This document shows positions 1-9,000 of a stretch of DNA of 61,882 bases, piece after piece. The stretch's first letter is position 1. The number at the start of each line of letters is the position of its first letter. Under the pieces are notes generated by a model. That model saw only the letters and a program-made list of their open reading frames with translations. It was not told where the DNA came from and searched no databases. Source of the DNA: a virus (lineage: Duplodnaviria > Caudoviricetes); the IMG/VR virus record IMGVR_UViG_3300033148_008145, positions 1-61,882 of that record; one strand, 5' to 3'. A program made the position numbers and the translations under genes.

Positions 1-3
1 GAG

Positions 4-321
4 ATGAAAGACGTAAATCAAAAACATAAAAATTATATTTCTGATTTCACAGGTGTTTTTTATCCACGAATAATGGAAGCCAGCCGCATCAAAACCAAGA
101 TTCCGAGGAAGTTAAATGAAGAAAACGCGCAGTATTTCTTTATTTTAGCCTGTTTTTTCGAAGAGGATATGGTAGCCCAAATGGACGTTAAGCAAATTCA
201 CGAAATGCTAAAATACACAATGGACTCATTTGTAAAATTTAAAGGTAGCGAATATGTGGAGAGTATTTCCAAGAGTTTTGAGTATTTTAATATTATTAAA
301 AAAAAATGGATGCGCGGGTGA
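4..321 (+). CDS. hypothetical protein
   Basis: 105-aa ORF with no recognised motif; the start may lie outside the window. Confidence 0.55.
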   Translation: MKDVNQKHKNYISDFTGVFYPRIMEASRIKTKIPRKLNEENAQYFFILACFFEEDMVAQMDVKQIHEMLKYTMDSFVKFKGSEYVESISKSFEYFNIIKKKWMRG

Positions 322-326
322 AAAAT

Positions 327-332
327 GTGTAA
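327..332 (+). promoter_or_regulatory. GTGTAA putative late promoter motif
   Basis: GTGTAA 16 nt upstream of ATG 343; the motif recurs before many structural genes. Confidence 0.55.
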
Positions 333-342
333 AATAAGCTGT

Positions 343-540
343 ATGAAAAAATTATCGGGTAAGAAAACTTACTTTACTGCCGCCGCTGCCGTCATAACCG
401 CATTAGGTGCGTATTTTGCTGGCGGGGTTGATTTGACCGTTACTATTCAGTCTGTTTTTGCAGCTCTGATGGTAGTGTTCCTGCGCAAGGGCGTTACGTC
501 AGAAGCAGCAAAAGCTGCCACGGAGAAACCGGCCGAGTAA
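343..540 (+). CDS. putative holin (two transmembrane segments)
   Basis: KKTYF followed by two hydrophobic helices and a charged C-terminus; ATG 343 (MKKLSGKKTY) preferred over 325; adjacent to spanin-like genes. Confidence 0.55.
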   Translation: MKKLSGKKTYFTAAAAVITALGAYFAGGVDLTVTIQSVFAALMVVFLRKGVTSEAAKAATEKPAE

Positions 541-749
541 TGGGATGGCTCTCATCTATCCTAGGTATCCTCAAATCTTTCTTCAGTTTTTTGGACAAAA
601 AAACCTTGACAGAGGAGGAAAGGGTTGCTAAGGAAAAGAGGAGCCGCAAGGAGCAGGTGAAAGATGATTGGAAAGATACCCAAAATGAGATTGATAACGC
701 TTTTGAGCGCGCTAAGTCTCGTAATAGGGTGCGCGACTCCAAAGAGTAG
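540..749 (+). CDS. putative inner-membrane spanin (Rz-like)
   Basis: Hydrophobic/amphipathic N-terminus plus a charged coiled-coil; 3' end overlapped by a lipoprotein ORF. Confidence 0.4.
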   Translation: MGWLSSILGILKSFFSFLDKKTLTEEERVAKEKRSRKEQVKDDWKDTQNEIDNAFERAKSRNRVRDSKE

Positions 750-909
750 CGTAATATCTATTCCGAGTGTCCCCCAAGACATTGTCCAAAGGATGTTGAG
801 TCATTACCAGATCGACAAGGCTTGGGATGCTGCTCCAGAATTTACGCGTGATGCGTTAAAAATAATTTCAGATCAGGCTGCACAGCTTGAACTGAGAAAC
901 ACAGAGTAA
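685..909 (+). CDS. lipoprotein, putative outer-membrane spanin (Rz1-like)
   Basis: MRLITLLSALSLVIG-C lipobox signal from ATG 685, Pro-rich linker, overlaps the upstream gene in another frame. Confidence 0.55.
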   Translation: MRLITLLSALSLVIGCATPKSSVISIPSVPQDIVQRMLSHYQIDKAWDAAPEFTRDALKIISDQAAQLELRNTE

Positions 910-915
910 TATATT

Positions 916-1221
916 ATGAAGAAAATAATCGTTATTGGTCTGCTTTTAGGCTTGAGTACCCTCAGTCTTCAGGCAGAAGAGACAAAGGAAAAGTGGTTTG
1001 ATTTAGGTGTTAAGCCGGATCCACATATCACTCTTCCTTTCATTGGGGTAAAGACCCCCCTTCCTACCGTTTGCGCGGGAAAAGGTGTTTCGACATCGTT
1101 CGACGTCAAGGTTAGTAAGGAAAGTTTCATGTTGAAGCTTCCTTATTTTAAGATTGATTGGAGCTTCCCTGCGTTGTCTGTGGGAAGAGGCAAAGCTAAG
1201 GTTACTTTGGGTACGGAGTAA
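916..1221 (+). CDS. signal-peptide-bearing hypothetical protein
   Basis: MKKIIVIGLLLGLSTLSLQA|EE Sec-type signal; beta-strand-like mature part. Confidence 0.65.
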   Translation: MKKIIVIGLLLGLSTLSLQAEETKEKWFDLGVKPDPHITLPFIGVKTPLPTVCAGKGVSTSFDVKVSKESFMLKLPYFKIDWSFPALSVGRGKAKVTLGTE

Positions 1222-1259
1222 TCCTTTCTAAATAACGTAAGCTAATAAGCTTTAACGTG

Positions 1260-1294
1260 GCCCTAGGTTTAATCCCCTAGGGCTTTCTTTTTTT
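1260..1294 (+). terminator. Rho-independent terminator
   Basis: GCCCTAGG-loop-CCTAGGGC stem followed by TTTCTTTTTTT. Confidence 0.8.
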
Positions 1295-1330
1295 CCATTT
1301 CTATAAAAGAATGTGTAGAATTATATAGTA

Positions 1331-1816
1331 ATGTCAGATAATTTGGACAAATTAGATTTCGATATATCTTATAGTATTATTTTCGGGAAAGAAGAAGTAG
1401 ATCTAATTGACATTTATGAACCTAAGGTCTCCTCTTTTGAGGTGGATATGCCGGAAGACAAATTCGTTACCTTCTCATCTAATTTAATTAAATGTTTTAA
1501 GTCTAAAATTAAAGACAGTCCCAACAAAATAAGGACCGATGCTCTTATCGAAGTCTATCGTAATGCAGAAGACAACTACGAAAAGCCTGAGGACTGTAAT
1601 CTTTCCTTGTGGTGTATGGCTTCGGTTAATGCCTTTCTAGGAATTGCAAGAGCCTCTACTTTTAATACTATTCCATCTTCCGAGCAAATTGAAGCTGCTA
1701 AAAAGGATTTGGAGGAATTTGAACTTAATTTGGATTTTGGTAGTATAGCGGATCTCTATCTGGAAACTCGGCGCGAAGCCCTCGCGGAAAGAGCTTTAAG
1801 TTGGGTAGAAATTTAA
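1331..1816 (+). CDS. hypothetical protein (head module)
   Basis: 161-aa acidic ORF preceded by GTGTA at 1313; EVYRN...LWCMASVNAFL loosely resembles a VYRRG...WAxARVN motif of viral proteins. Confidence 0.65.
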   Translation: MSDNLDKLDFDISYSIIFGKEEVDLIDIYEPKVSSFEVDMPEDKFVTFSSNLIKCFKSKIKDSPNKIRTDALIEVYRNAEDNYEKPEDCNLSLWCMASVNAFLGIARASTFNTIPSSEQIEAAKKDLEEFELNLDFGSIADLYLETRREALAERALSWVEI

Positions 1817-1817
1817 T

Positions 1818-3362
1818 ATGAAAAATCACAAATATACCACGACCTTTAGTTCGGTTATTAAACCGGTGGTGTCAGAAGAAAAAGATAAATACCTTGCTCT
1901 CGCTTCGATGGTGGAGCTTGAGAAGTTTTTACCGGATGTAGATATAGAAAAGAATATAGATCTTCTTCCGGTCGCTTTTAACGCTTTCGTTGCCAACAGG
2001 GTAAACAAGAATGGTGATGTTGTTGATACCGAAACGGCAGTAGCCATGCATGAGAATTTCATCAACAAGCCTATTAATATAGAGCACAACAGAAAATCAA
2101 TAGTTGGTACTATCCTCACTGCGGGATTTTCGAGCTTCGGAACTGACGAATCGCTTACCAAAGAGCAAGTCAAAGACTCGAAGGAACCTTTTAATGTTAC
2201 GCTGGGGGGAGTGATTTGGAAAATTGCGGATCAATCTTTGGCAGATAAAATTGAAAGTTCAAGTGATCCAACCAGCGAAGATTACATGGGTATTAGCGCA
2301 AGTTGGGAATTAGGATTTAGTGATTATAATTTAGTAATTTTAGAGGGAGACGAGAAGAATATAGAGAACGCCACCGAAATCAGCGACCCAGATGAGGTCG
2401 AGAAACATATGGATAAATTGAAAGGTTTCGGGGGAAAAGGAAAATTTGATGATAACTCGAGTGTCTACAGGAAAGTTATCAATGATGTAGTACCATTAGG
2501 TATAGGATTAACCGAAAACCCTGCCGCAGATGTCAAGGGAGTCCTTACGGAAAATGGCGCTACAGAACAAAAAGCTTTGGCGAAAGAGGCTCTTGAAAAA
2601 GAAACGATTTCCCAAAATACAAAAAATACTGTAAAAATAAGGAAAGTAGAAGCTATGAAAATAGAAAACTTGAAAGACATAACGGATGAGTCTTTGCAAA
2701 CGCTAACCGCTTCTGCTATTCATGAGTTTATTCAGGAGAGCCTCAAAAAAGCTTCAGAGGAGTATTCCTCCAAGAAGACTGAACAAGAGGATTCCTTGAA
2801 CGACGCTCGTGAACAGCACGAGACGCTCTCCAAGGAACACGATTCCTTGAAGACACAGTTAGAGGATGTAGTGGCTCAATTGAAAAAACTCGAGGCCGAA
2901 AAGGCCGAAAAAGAGAAGCAGGAAGCGTTTAATCAGCGTATGGCCTCTTTTGATGAGCGCTTTAATTTGGATGACGAAGACCGGAAGGTCCTAGCCTCAC
3001 AGATTAAGGATCTCGATGAAGAGCAATTTGTTGATTTGGATAAAACGGTTTCCGTTCTTCTTTCTTCTAAGGCTCGTTCTGACGAAGACGAACCGGCTCC
3101 AGAGGCTCCCGCAGATGAAGCAGCTCCGGCTGAAGCTCCTGCAGAAGAGGCTCCGGCTCCGGCTGAAGCTCCGGCAGAGGAACCTGCACCGGCGGAAGCT
3201 AGCGCTTCTGTGGTAAAAGAGGTTCTTGAGCAGGCAGTAGATAACGCTAAGGATGAGATTGTTAACATCCCGTCATCTGCTCCGGCTGAAGACCCAACTA
3301 TCTTTGAGAAATATGGCAAGGCTTTTGCCATGGATCAATTTGATATTAATTGTAAATTCTAA
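1818..3362 (+). CDS. prohead maturation protease fused to scaffold protein
   Basis: NKNGD, NIEH...VG and SASWELGF motifs typical of phage prohead proteases; C-terminal acidic coiled-coil; directly upstream of the capsid genes. Confidence 0.7.
   Translation: MKNHKYTTTFSSVIKPVVSEEKDKYLALASMVELEKFLPDVDIEKNIDLLPVAFNAFVANRVNKNGDVVDTETAVAMHENFINKPINIEHNRKSIVGTILTAGFSSFGTDESLTKEQVKDSKEPFNVTLGGVIWKIADQSLADKIESSSDPTSEDYMGISASWELGFSDYNLVILEGDEKNIENATEISDPDEVEKHMDKLKGFGGKGKFDDNSSVYRKVINDVVPLGIGLTENPAADVKGVLTENGATEQKALAKEALEKETISQNTKNTVKIRKVEAMKIENLKDITDESLQTLTASAIHEFIQESLKKASEEYSSKKTEQEDSLNDAREQHETLSKEHDSLKTQLEDVVAQLKKLEAEKAEKEKQEAFNQRMASFDERFNLDDEDRKVLASQIKDLDEEQFVDLDKTVSVLLSSKARSDEDEPAPEAPADEAAPAEAPAEEAPAPAEAPAEEPAPAEASASVVKEVLEQAVDNAKDEIVNIPSSAPAEDPTIFEKYGKAFAMDQFDINCKF
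3088..3202 (+). repeat. low-complexity Pro-Ala-Glu tandem repeats in scaffold
   Basis: EPAPEAPADEAAPAEAPAEEAPAPAEAPAEEPAPAEAS; recurrent GCTCCGGCTGAA. Confidence 0.8.
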
Positions 3363-3389
3363 TTACAGAAAAATAGGAAATAAAATATT

Positions 3390-3980
3390 ATGGCTAGATT
3401 AAAACCCTTTAGGGATTATAGCGAGCACGATGTTATTAACTTGTTTTCGTTTAACGACACAGCCATCATTCTTGATGCGAATGCGGCCGGCATAGTACAT
3501 GCCGGATCATGCGTAAAGGTCAAGACAGGATGGTCGAATGACGCTGAAACGACAGACATGATTGCTGACGTGGGTGCTGCGTACAACAACACCGTCTCGC
3601 AGAGATGGGGAGTCGCGGCAAACGTTCAACTCACCGATGGTGGGAACGACGAGACCGTATTAGGGATTACCCTCTACGATGTTAGAGAGTATGATGAAAA
3701 TGGTGAAGCACTGAAGTTTAACCCGCGCAAGCAGGATGAGCTACAGTGCAGTTTGAGCGGGCAGGCTGTTCCAATAGCAACGCGAGGTCTTTTCCTTACG
3801 GCTACTGGAGCATGGATTGCCGCACAATCTGTAGCCATCAACATGGATGTTTTTGCTACCGGTGACGGTCAGCTTACAACCGCTGGTGTGAAAGCCAATG
3901 ATAATAGAATTGGCAGAACTTTGGGCGCTCCGGATTCGGACGGCTCAGTTTTGGTTAAGTTTGACTTCAAACAAGGTTAA
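3390..3980 (+). CDS. putative capsid decoration/cement protein
   Basis: 196 aa between scaffold and major capsid; LGITL...GQAVPIATRG...GDGQL...IGRTLG pattern resembles beta-tulip decoration proteins. Confidence 0.55.
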   Translation: MARLKPFRDYSEHDVINLFSFNDTAIILDANAAGIVHAGSCVKVKTGWSNDAETTDMIADVGAAYNNTVSQRWGVAANVQLTDGGNDETVLGITLYDVREYDENGEALKFNPRKQDELQCSLSGQAVPIATRGLFLTATGAWIAAQSVAINMDVFATGDGQLTTAGVKANDNRIGRTLGAPDSDGSVLVKFDFKQG

Positions 3981-3998
3981 TAAAGGAGAATATATATA

Positions 3999-5111
3999 AT
4001 GAAAATTAAACTTAAAAATACTCCAGAGCAAGTTGAACTAATTAAAGCTATGGGCTCCAAGAGCCCGGAGGTTTCTCGTCCGGCAACTGAGGCTTTTGCC
4101 GCATTTATCGGACCGGTTGTTCAACAGGTTTTAAATCAGGCCAATACGGCCTCCTACATCTATACGGATGTAGAGTATGATGAGGATGACAGCCCCAGTT
4201 ACCCACTTGATCTTTTTTATGATCAAAACGGTAAAGATCCGTATGTGACCATTTGGTCTCAACAGATGGCTGGTGGTCTTCCTTCATCTCAAATCGCAGG
4301 CAACGCAGAACTCAAGGTTGCAACTTACAAATTGGATAGTGCCATTAGCTTCTTGAAGAAGTATGCGCGCAAGAGCCGTTTGGATGTTGTGAGCAAGGGT
4401 ATTGAGCGCATGGCTAACGAAATCTTGGTAAAACAAGATCGTAATGCATGGGCAGTTGCCTTAAAAGGCTTGGCTGAGGCCAAGGGTAAGTGGGGCACTG
4501 GTTCTGCTGGCGACAATTTGGTGAATCAACCGTACGTTGACGCAGCAAGTTCAGCTTTCAGTCTTGCCGACTTGAATGCTTTGATGACCAAAATGAAGAG
4601 GCTTAACGCTTCTTACGCGAATGGTACTCCTCAGGCAGCTTATTCAAAGGGTATTACTGATCTCTTTGTTTCGGCTGAAGTGGTGGAAGACATTCGCGCC
4701 ATTGCGTTCAATCCGTACAATACCACCTCTGATCAGGTGGGTGACGGTGTGAAAGACGAGATGTATCGTACCGCTGGTTTTGGCAATCTCTTCGGTGTCA
4801 ACGTAGTTGACCTTTACGAGCTTGGTAGCGGCCAGAAGTATAACACGTTGTTTAGTGGTTATGCGGAGTCATCGATTACGGCGAAGCCATTTACCACGAA
4901 AGCGCAGGTCATGGTTGGTGTTGATCGTTCTGTTGAGGCGTTTGTGCGTCCTGTTGCTCGGAATTCCGACACGGGTGGTACATTTACCGCGCTTCCGGAT
5001 GACCAATATGCTCTCCGTCAAGACAAGGTTGGTTTCTACGGCGGTGTTGAAGAGGGACGTGTCCTTCTTGATGCACGCGCTATCGTAGGATTAACTAAGG
5101 ATATCGGTTAA
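3999..5111 (+). CDS. major capsid protein (HK97-fold, inferred)
   Basis: 370 aa, strong SD (AAAGGAG), follows protease/decoration genes and is followed by a terminator; NLFGVNVV and KVGFYG...EEG...LDARAIVG capsid-like C-terminus. Confidence 0.8.
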   Translation: MKIKLKNTPEQVELIKAMGSKSPEVSRPATEAFAAFIGPVVQQVLNQANTASYIYTDVEYDEDDSPSYPLDLFYDQNGKDPYVTIWSQQMAGGLPSSQIAGNAELKVATYKLDSAISFLKKYARKSRLDVVSKGIERMANEILVKQDRNAWAVALKGLAEAKGKWGTGSAGDNLVNQPYVDAASSAFSLADLNALMTKMKRLNASYANGTPQAAYSKGITDLFVSAEVVEDIRAIAFNPYNTTSDQVGDGVKDEMYRTAGFGNLFGVNVVDLYELGSGQKYNTLFSGYAESSITAKPFTTKAQVMVGVDRSVEAFVRPVARNSDTGGTFTALPDDQYALRQDKVGFYGGVEEGRVLLDARAIVGLTKDIG

Positions 5112-5133
5112 TAGCCTTTATATATCTTTTTGC

Positions 5134-5170
5134 AGCCCCGGCCCGAAAGGGTCGGGGTTTTCTATTTTTT
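5134..5170 (+). terminator. Rho-independent terminator
   Basis: AGCCCCGGCCC-GAAA-GGGTCGGGGTT hairpin followed by a T tract. Confidence 0.85.
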
Positions 5171-5211
5171 GGAAAAAATGTGTATCTCCCTTTAATATAA
5201 GGTGTAAGATT

Positions 5212-5592
5212 ATGGCCGTAAAAAGAAAAACAGCTAAAAAGGCAACAGCTAAAAAGAAAAGTGTAAAAAATCTTTCTCAAACACACGGAAAAGAAGAAAA
5301 ATTCGAGCCAACTACCCTCGATCAGATCTGGGGAGATGACGGACTTAACGTGTATGGGACGATGGTGGAAGACCAATACGAAGATCAAATAGATGAGATG
5401 AATATTTCTGATCTGCAGACTCACGCCTCAAGAGTGGGAATTATTCCTATAGATAATAGAAAGACTCTTCGGGAAAGACTCCTAAGAGAGTTTCGCAAGC
5501 ATGTCGCCTCTTACAGAAAACCCGTAGACAATCCTTCTCCAGAACCTGTCCTTAGCGACGAGATGATGAAGATTCTATCCGAGGGAAGATAA
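5212..5592 (+). CDS. hypothetical protein with Lys-rich N-terminus
   Basis: 126-aa ORF; GTGTA motifs at 5180 and 5202. Confidence 0.7.
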   Translation: MAVKRKTAKKATAKKKSVKNLSQTHGKEEKFEPTTLDQIWGDDGLNVYGTMVEDQYEDQIDEMNISDLQTHASRVGIIPIDNRKTLRERLLREFRKHVASYRKPVDNPSPEPVLSDEMMKILSEGR

Positions 5593-5634
5593 GATTTTTT
5601 CTGAAAAAACCCCATATAGTGTAATCAACTCTAT

Positions 5635-6003
5635 ATGGCAACGGTTTATAATTTCAGCGCGACTCAAGGCTCCCAACTTAGTGTTCGTTTGAATATCAAG
5701 GACGCGAGTGGAGACGCTATTAATTTGAGCGGATACAACGCTAGGGGAGTTGTAAAGTATCGATATTCTAGCGCTAATACGTTAGTTGATCTAAATCCCA
5801 CTATTGTTTCCGGCGAAACAGGAAGCGCTTACGTAAGTGGCTTAATGGACGTTTATTTAAGTGGATCTCAAACTTCTGGCCTTCCTGTGGGAGATTTTGT
5901 TTACGATATAGAGAAGTATCCCAGTGGAGCCTCTAATATTGAAGGAGCCGTAGACAAAATTTTAGCGGGCAGCTTTCTTGTCTATCCTCAGGTAACCACT
6001 TAA
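5635..6003 (+). CDS. virion structural protein, BppU-N-like fibre attachment domain
   Basis: QGS..VRLNIKD..G..INLSGY.ARG...L.GSQT..LP.GDFVYDIE...KIL.GSF.V.PQVT pattern; directly precedes the fibre gene. Confidence 0.55.
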   Translation: MATVYNFSATQGSQLSVRLNIKDASGDAINLSGYNARGVVKYRYSSANTLVDLNPTIVSGETGSAYVSGLMDVYLSGSQTSGLPVGDFVYDIEKYPSGASNIEGAVDKILAGSFLVYPQVTT

Positions 6004-6007
6004 TACA

Positions 6008-9000
6008 ATGAGCAGCCAGACTGTAGTTGATGTCGTCATAAGCGGGACTACTGCTACGGTAGTAGATGCCCGAGTAGATGGTATCACTACAATTGCTGGT
6101 CCAGCTCCTATTGCTAATGTAAGTGGACAGGTGCCCGATCTCGGGGTGACTACTAGTTATTTGGCGGGACAAGGAGCAATACTGTCTTTAACCAATGATA
6201 TAGCTAACCTAAGGGCTAACGTTATAATAACCGGGCAAACTCTTACCGACGAAATTGGAGTTTTAAGTGGTGTCCTTATTTCCACCGGAAACTATTTAGA
6301 GTCAAACATCTTAACTTTAAGCGGGAATCTCATAGCTTCTGGTAACAATTTAGATTCTCTTAGAGATGTACTGAGCGGCAATCTCATCACAACGGGTCAG
6401 ACTTTAGAGGCCCAAATTACGAATAACGATACAGATATAGCCGACTTACTCACCAATTTAATAACAACTGGCCAGACTCTCCAAACTCAAATTACAAGCA
6501 ATGATGGAGATATTTCTACCATCACCAGTAATCTAGTTACTACAGGTGAAACCCTCACAACCGACATAAATAATGTGTCTGCAAATATCGTCTCAACTGG
6601 TAAGCTCGTAGATGATATAAGCGGAAATTTAATTGTTACTGGTCAGACGTTGCAAACTGAAATAACATCAAATCTTTCTACCCTCACAACTAATTTAATT
6701 ATAACAGGTAAGACCCTGCAGAGCCAAGTTACCAGTAATGATACTGACATTACTAATGTTAACTTAAGGTGTGACGCTATTGAAACGAGCGTTGCTACAA
6801 CTGGAAGTACGTTAACTAGCGAAATAAATATAGTCTCTGGATTGACGACTGGTAACGATGAAGATATCGTCGCTCTACAAACAGCGACGGGAATACTCAG
6901 GGCGGCAACTGATTCTAATGCCGCTAACCTTGTATTAACAGGTAGGTTTCTTGATTCTGAAATAGCTATTGTTTCTGGGATAGCTGGAGGGCAAGACCTT
7001 GTAAACCTGAGTGGAAGAGTGAATGTTATTAGTGGCAATTTAATTACTACTGGTCAAACCTTAACTACCGATATAAATGCCGTTTCTTCTAATTTAATAT
7101 TTACTGGAAGTATAGTAGATGATATAAGCGGAAATTTAATAGCAACGGGAAATACGCTTACCTCAGAAATAGCGATAGTATCTGGAATAGCTACAGGAGG
7201 TTCCGCTCAAGACTTTAGTGAGTTAAGTGGGAACCTGATAACAACAGGACAAACGTTGACCACTGATGTCAACACGCTCCAAACCCAGATTACCTCTAAT
7301 GATGGAGATATTACTAGTCTAAATTTGAGAGCTGATTCAATCGAAACGAATTTAATTTCTACTGGGAGCTTTGTTGATGATATTAGTGGAAATCTAATTA
7401 CCACCGGACAAACATTACAAACCCAGATTACTTCGAATGATTCTGATATCACTGATTTAACTAGCAATTTAATTACCACGGGCCAAACGCTTACAACCAG
7501 CATCAACAACGTTAGTTCTAACCTCATAACCACTGGACAAACACTTACTTCTGAGATAGCAATTGTGTCGGGGTTAACAACAGGTTCAGCCTCAGACCCC
7601 GCCTTAAGTGGAAAGGTAGATACATTAAGTGGTAATTTAATTACCACAGGGCAAACTCTTCAAGTACAAATCACTTCGAACGATAGCGATATCTCTACGT
7701 TAACTTCTAATCTCGTAACTACGGGTCAAACATTGACGGATGAAAAATTTGACAAAAGTGGGGGCACTATATCTGGAAACATTCTTCCTGATGTTACGGA
7801 AACATTAGATCTTGGTTCTTCCGCAAAGAAATGGGACAACCTTTGGGCAAAAGATGCTCATATCGATAGCGGTACATTATTTCTGGGTGAAGCCGGAGCT
7901 AACATAAAAGTAGTAGATAATAGAATTCAACTAGAAGGAGATTCAGCCGCAAAAGGGCCTCAATTCCAAGGTGATGTAATTATCACGGACGGGACATTAA
8001 CCGTAAGTGGAAACTTGGCAGTTACCGCAAATCAAACAGGAGTTCTAGCTACTTCTGCCAATTTGATTACTACGGGTGGAAACTTAGAAGCCCAGATAGC
8101 ATCCAACGACACTGATATTTCCAACCTCACGAGTAATCTGATAACCACTGGACAGACCCTCCAAACCCAGATCACTTCAAATGATGGGGATATAACTACC
8201 TTAACCAGCAATTTAATAACGACTGGTCAGACTTTAACTTCAGAAATAGCTATCGTTTCCGGAATAGCTACAGGAGGTTCAGCCGAAGACTTCGCTGCTT
8301 TAAGCGGGGACTTAATCACAACAGGTCAGACTTTACAAACGCAGATTACGAGCAACGACTCGGATATTTCGACGTTAACATCTAATTTAATTACCACAGG
8401 ACAAACGTTACAGACTCAGATTACCTCTAATGATGGAGACATTACCAATCTAACCACCAATCTCATTACTACTGGTCAGACGCTCACGAGTGAGTTAGGT
8501 ACAGTATCGGGGCTCATTACTGATAATGATGCAGAAATTGCTGCTTTGTTGGCGGCTACCGGAGAACTTAAGACGGATACTAACACAAACGCTTCTAATC
8601 TCGTAACGACAGGACAGACTTTAACTACAAACATAAATACTGTATCCACTAATTTAGTTTCCACGGAAAGCGTAGTGGACGACATCAGTGGCAATCTGAT
8701 AACAACTGGGCAAACTTTGCAGACCCAGATTACATCGAATGATGGAGACATAACCTCACTCACGAGTAACTTGATAACTACTGGACAGACATTACAAACG
8801 CAGATTACAAGTAACGATGCAGATATCGCCACCTTAGATTCCACAACAGTTAAAATTACAACTGATCAAAGTGTCGCCGGAAACAAAATCTTTACCGATA
8901 AGGTAATCATTAACAACCTTACCGTAACAGGTACAGAGGTAATTGTTGATGTAGAGAATTTAGCAGTTAGGGATAATATAATTCATATTAACAGCGGCGA

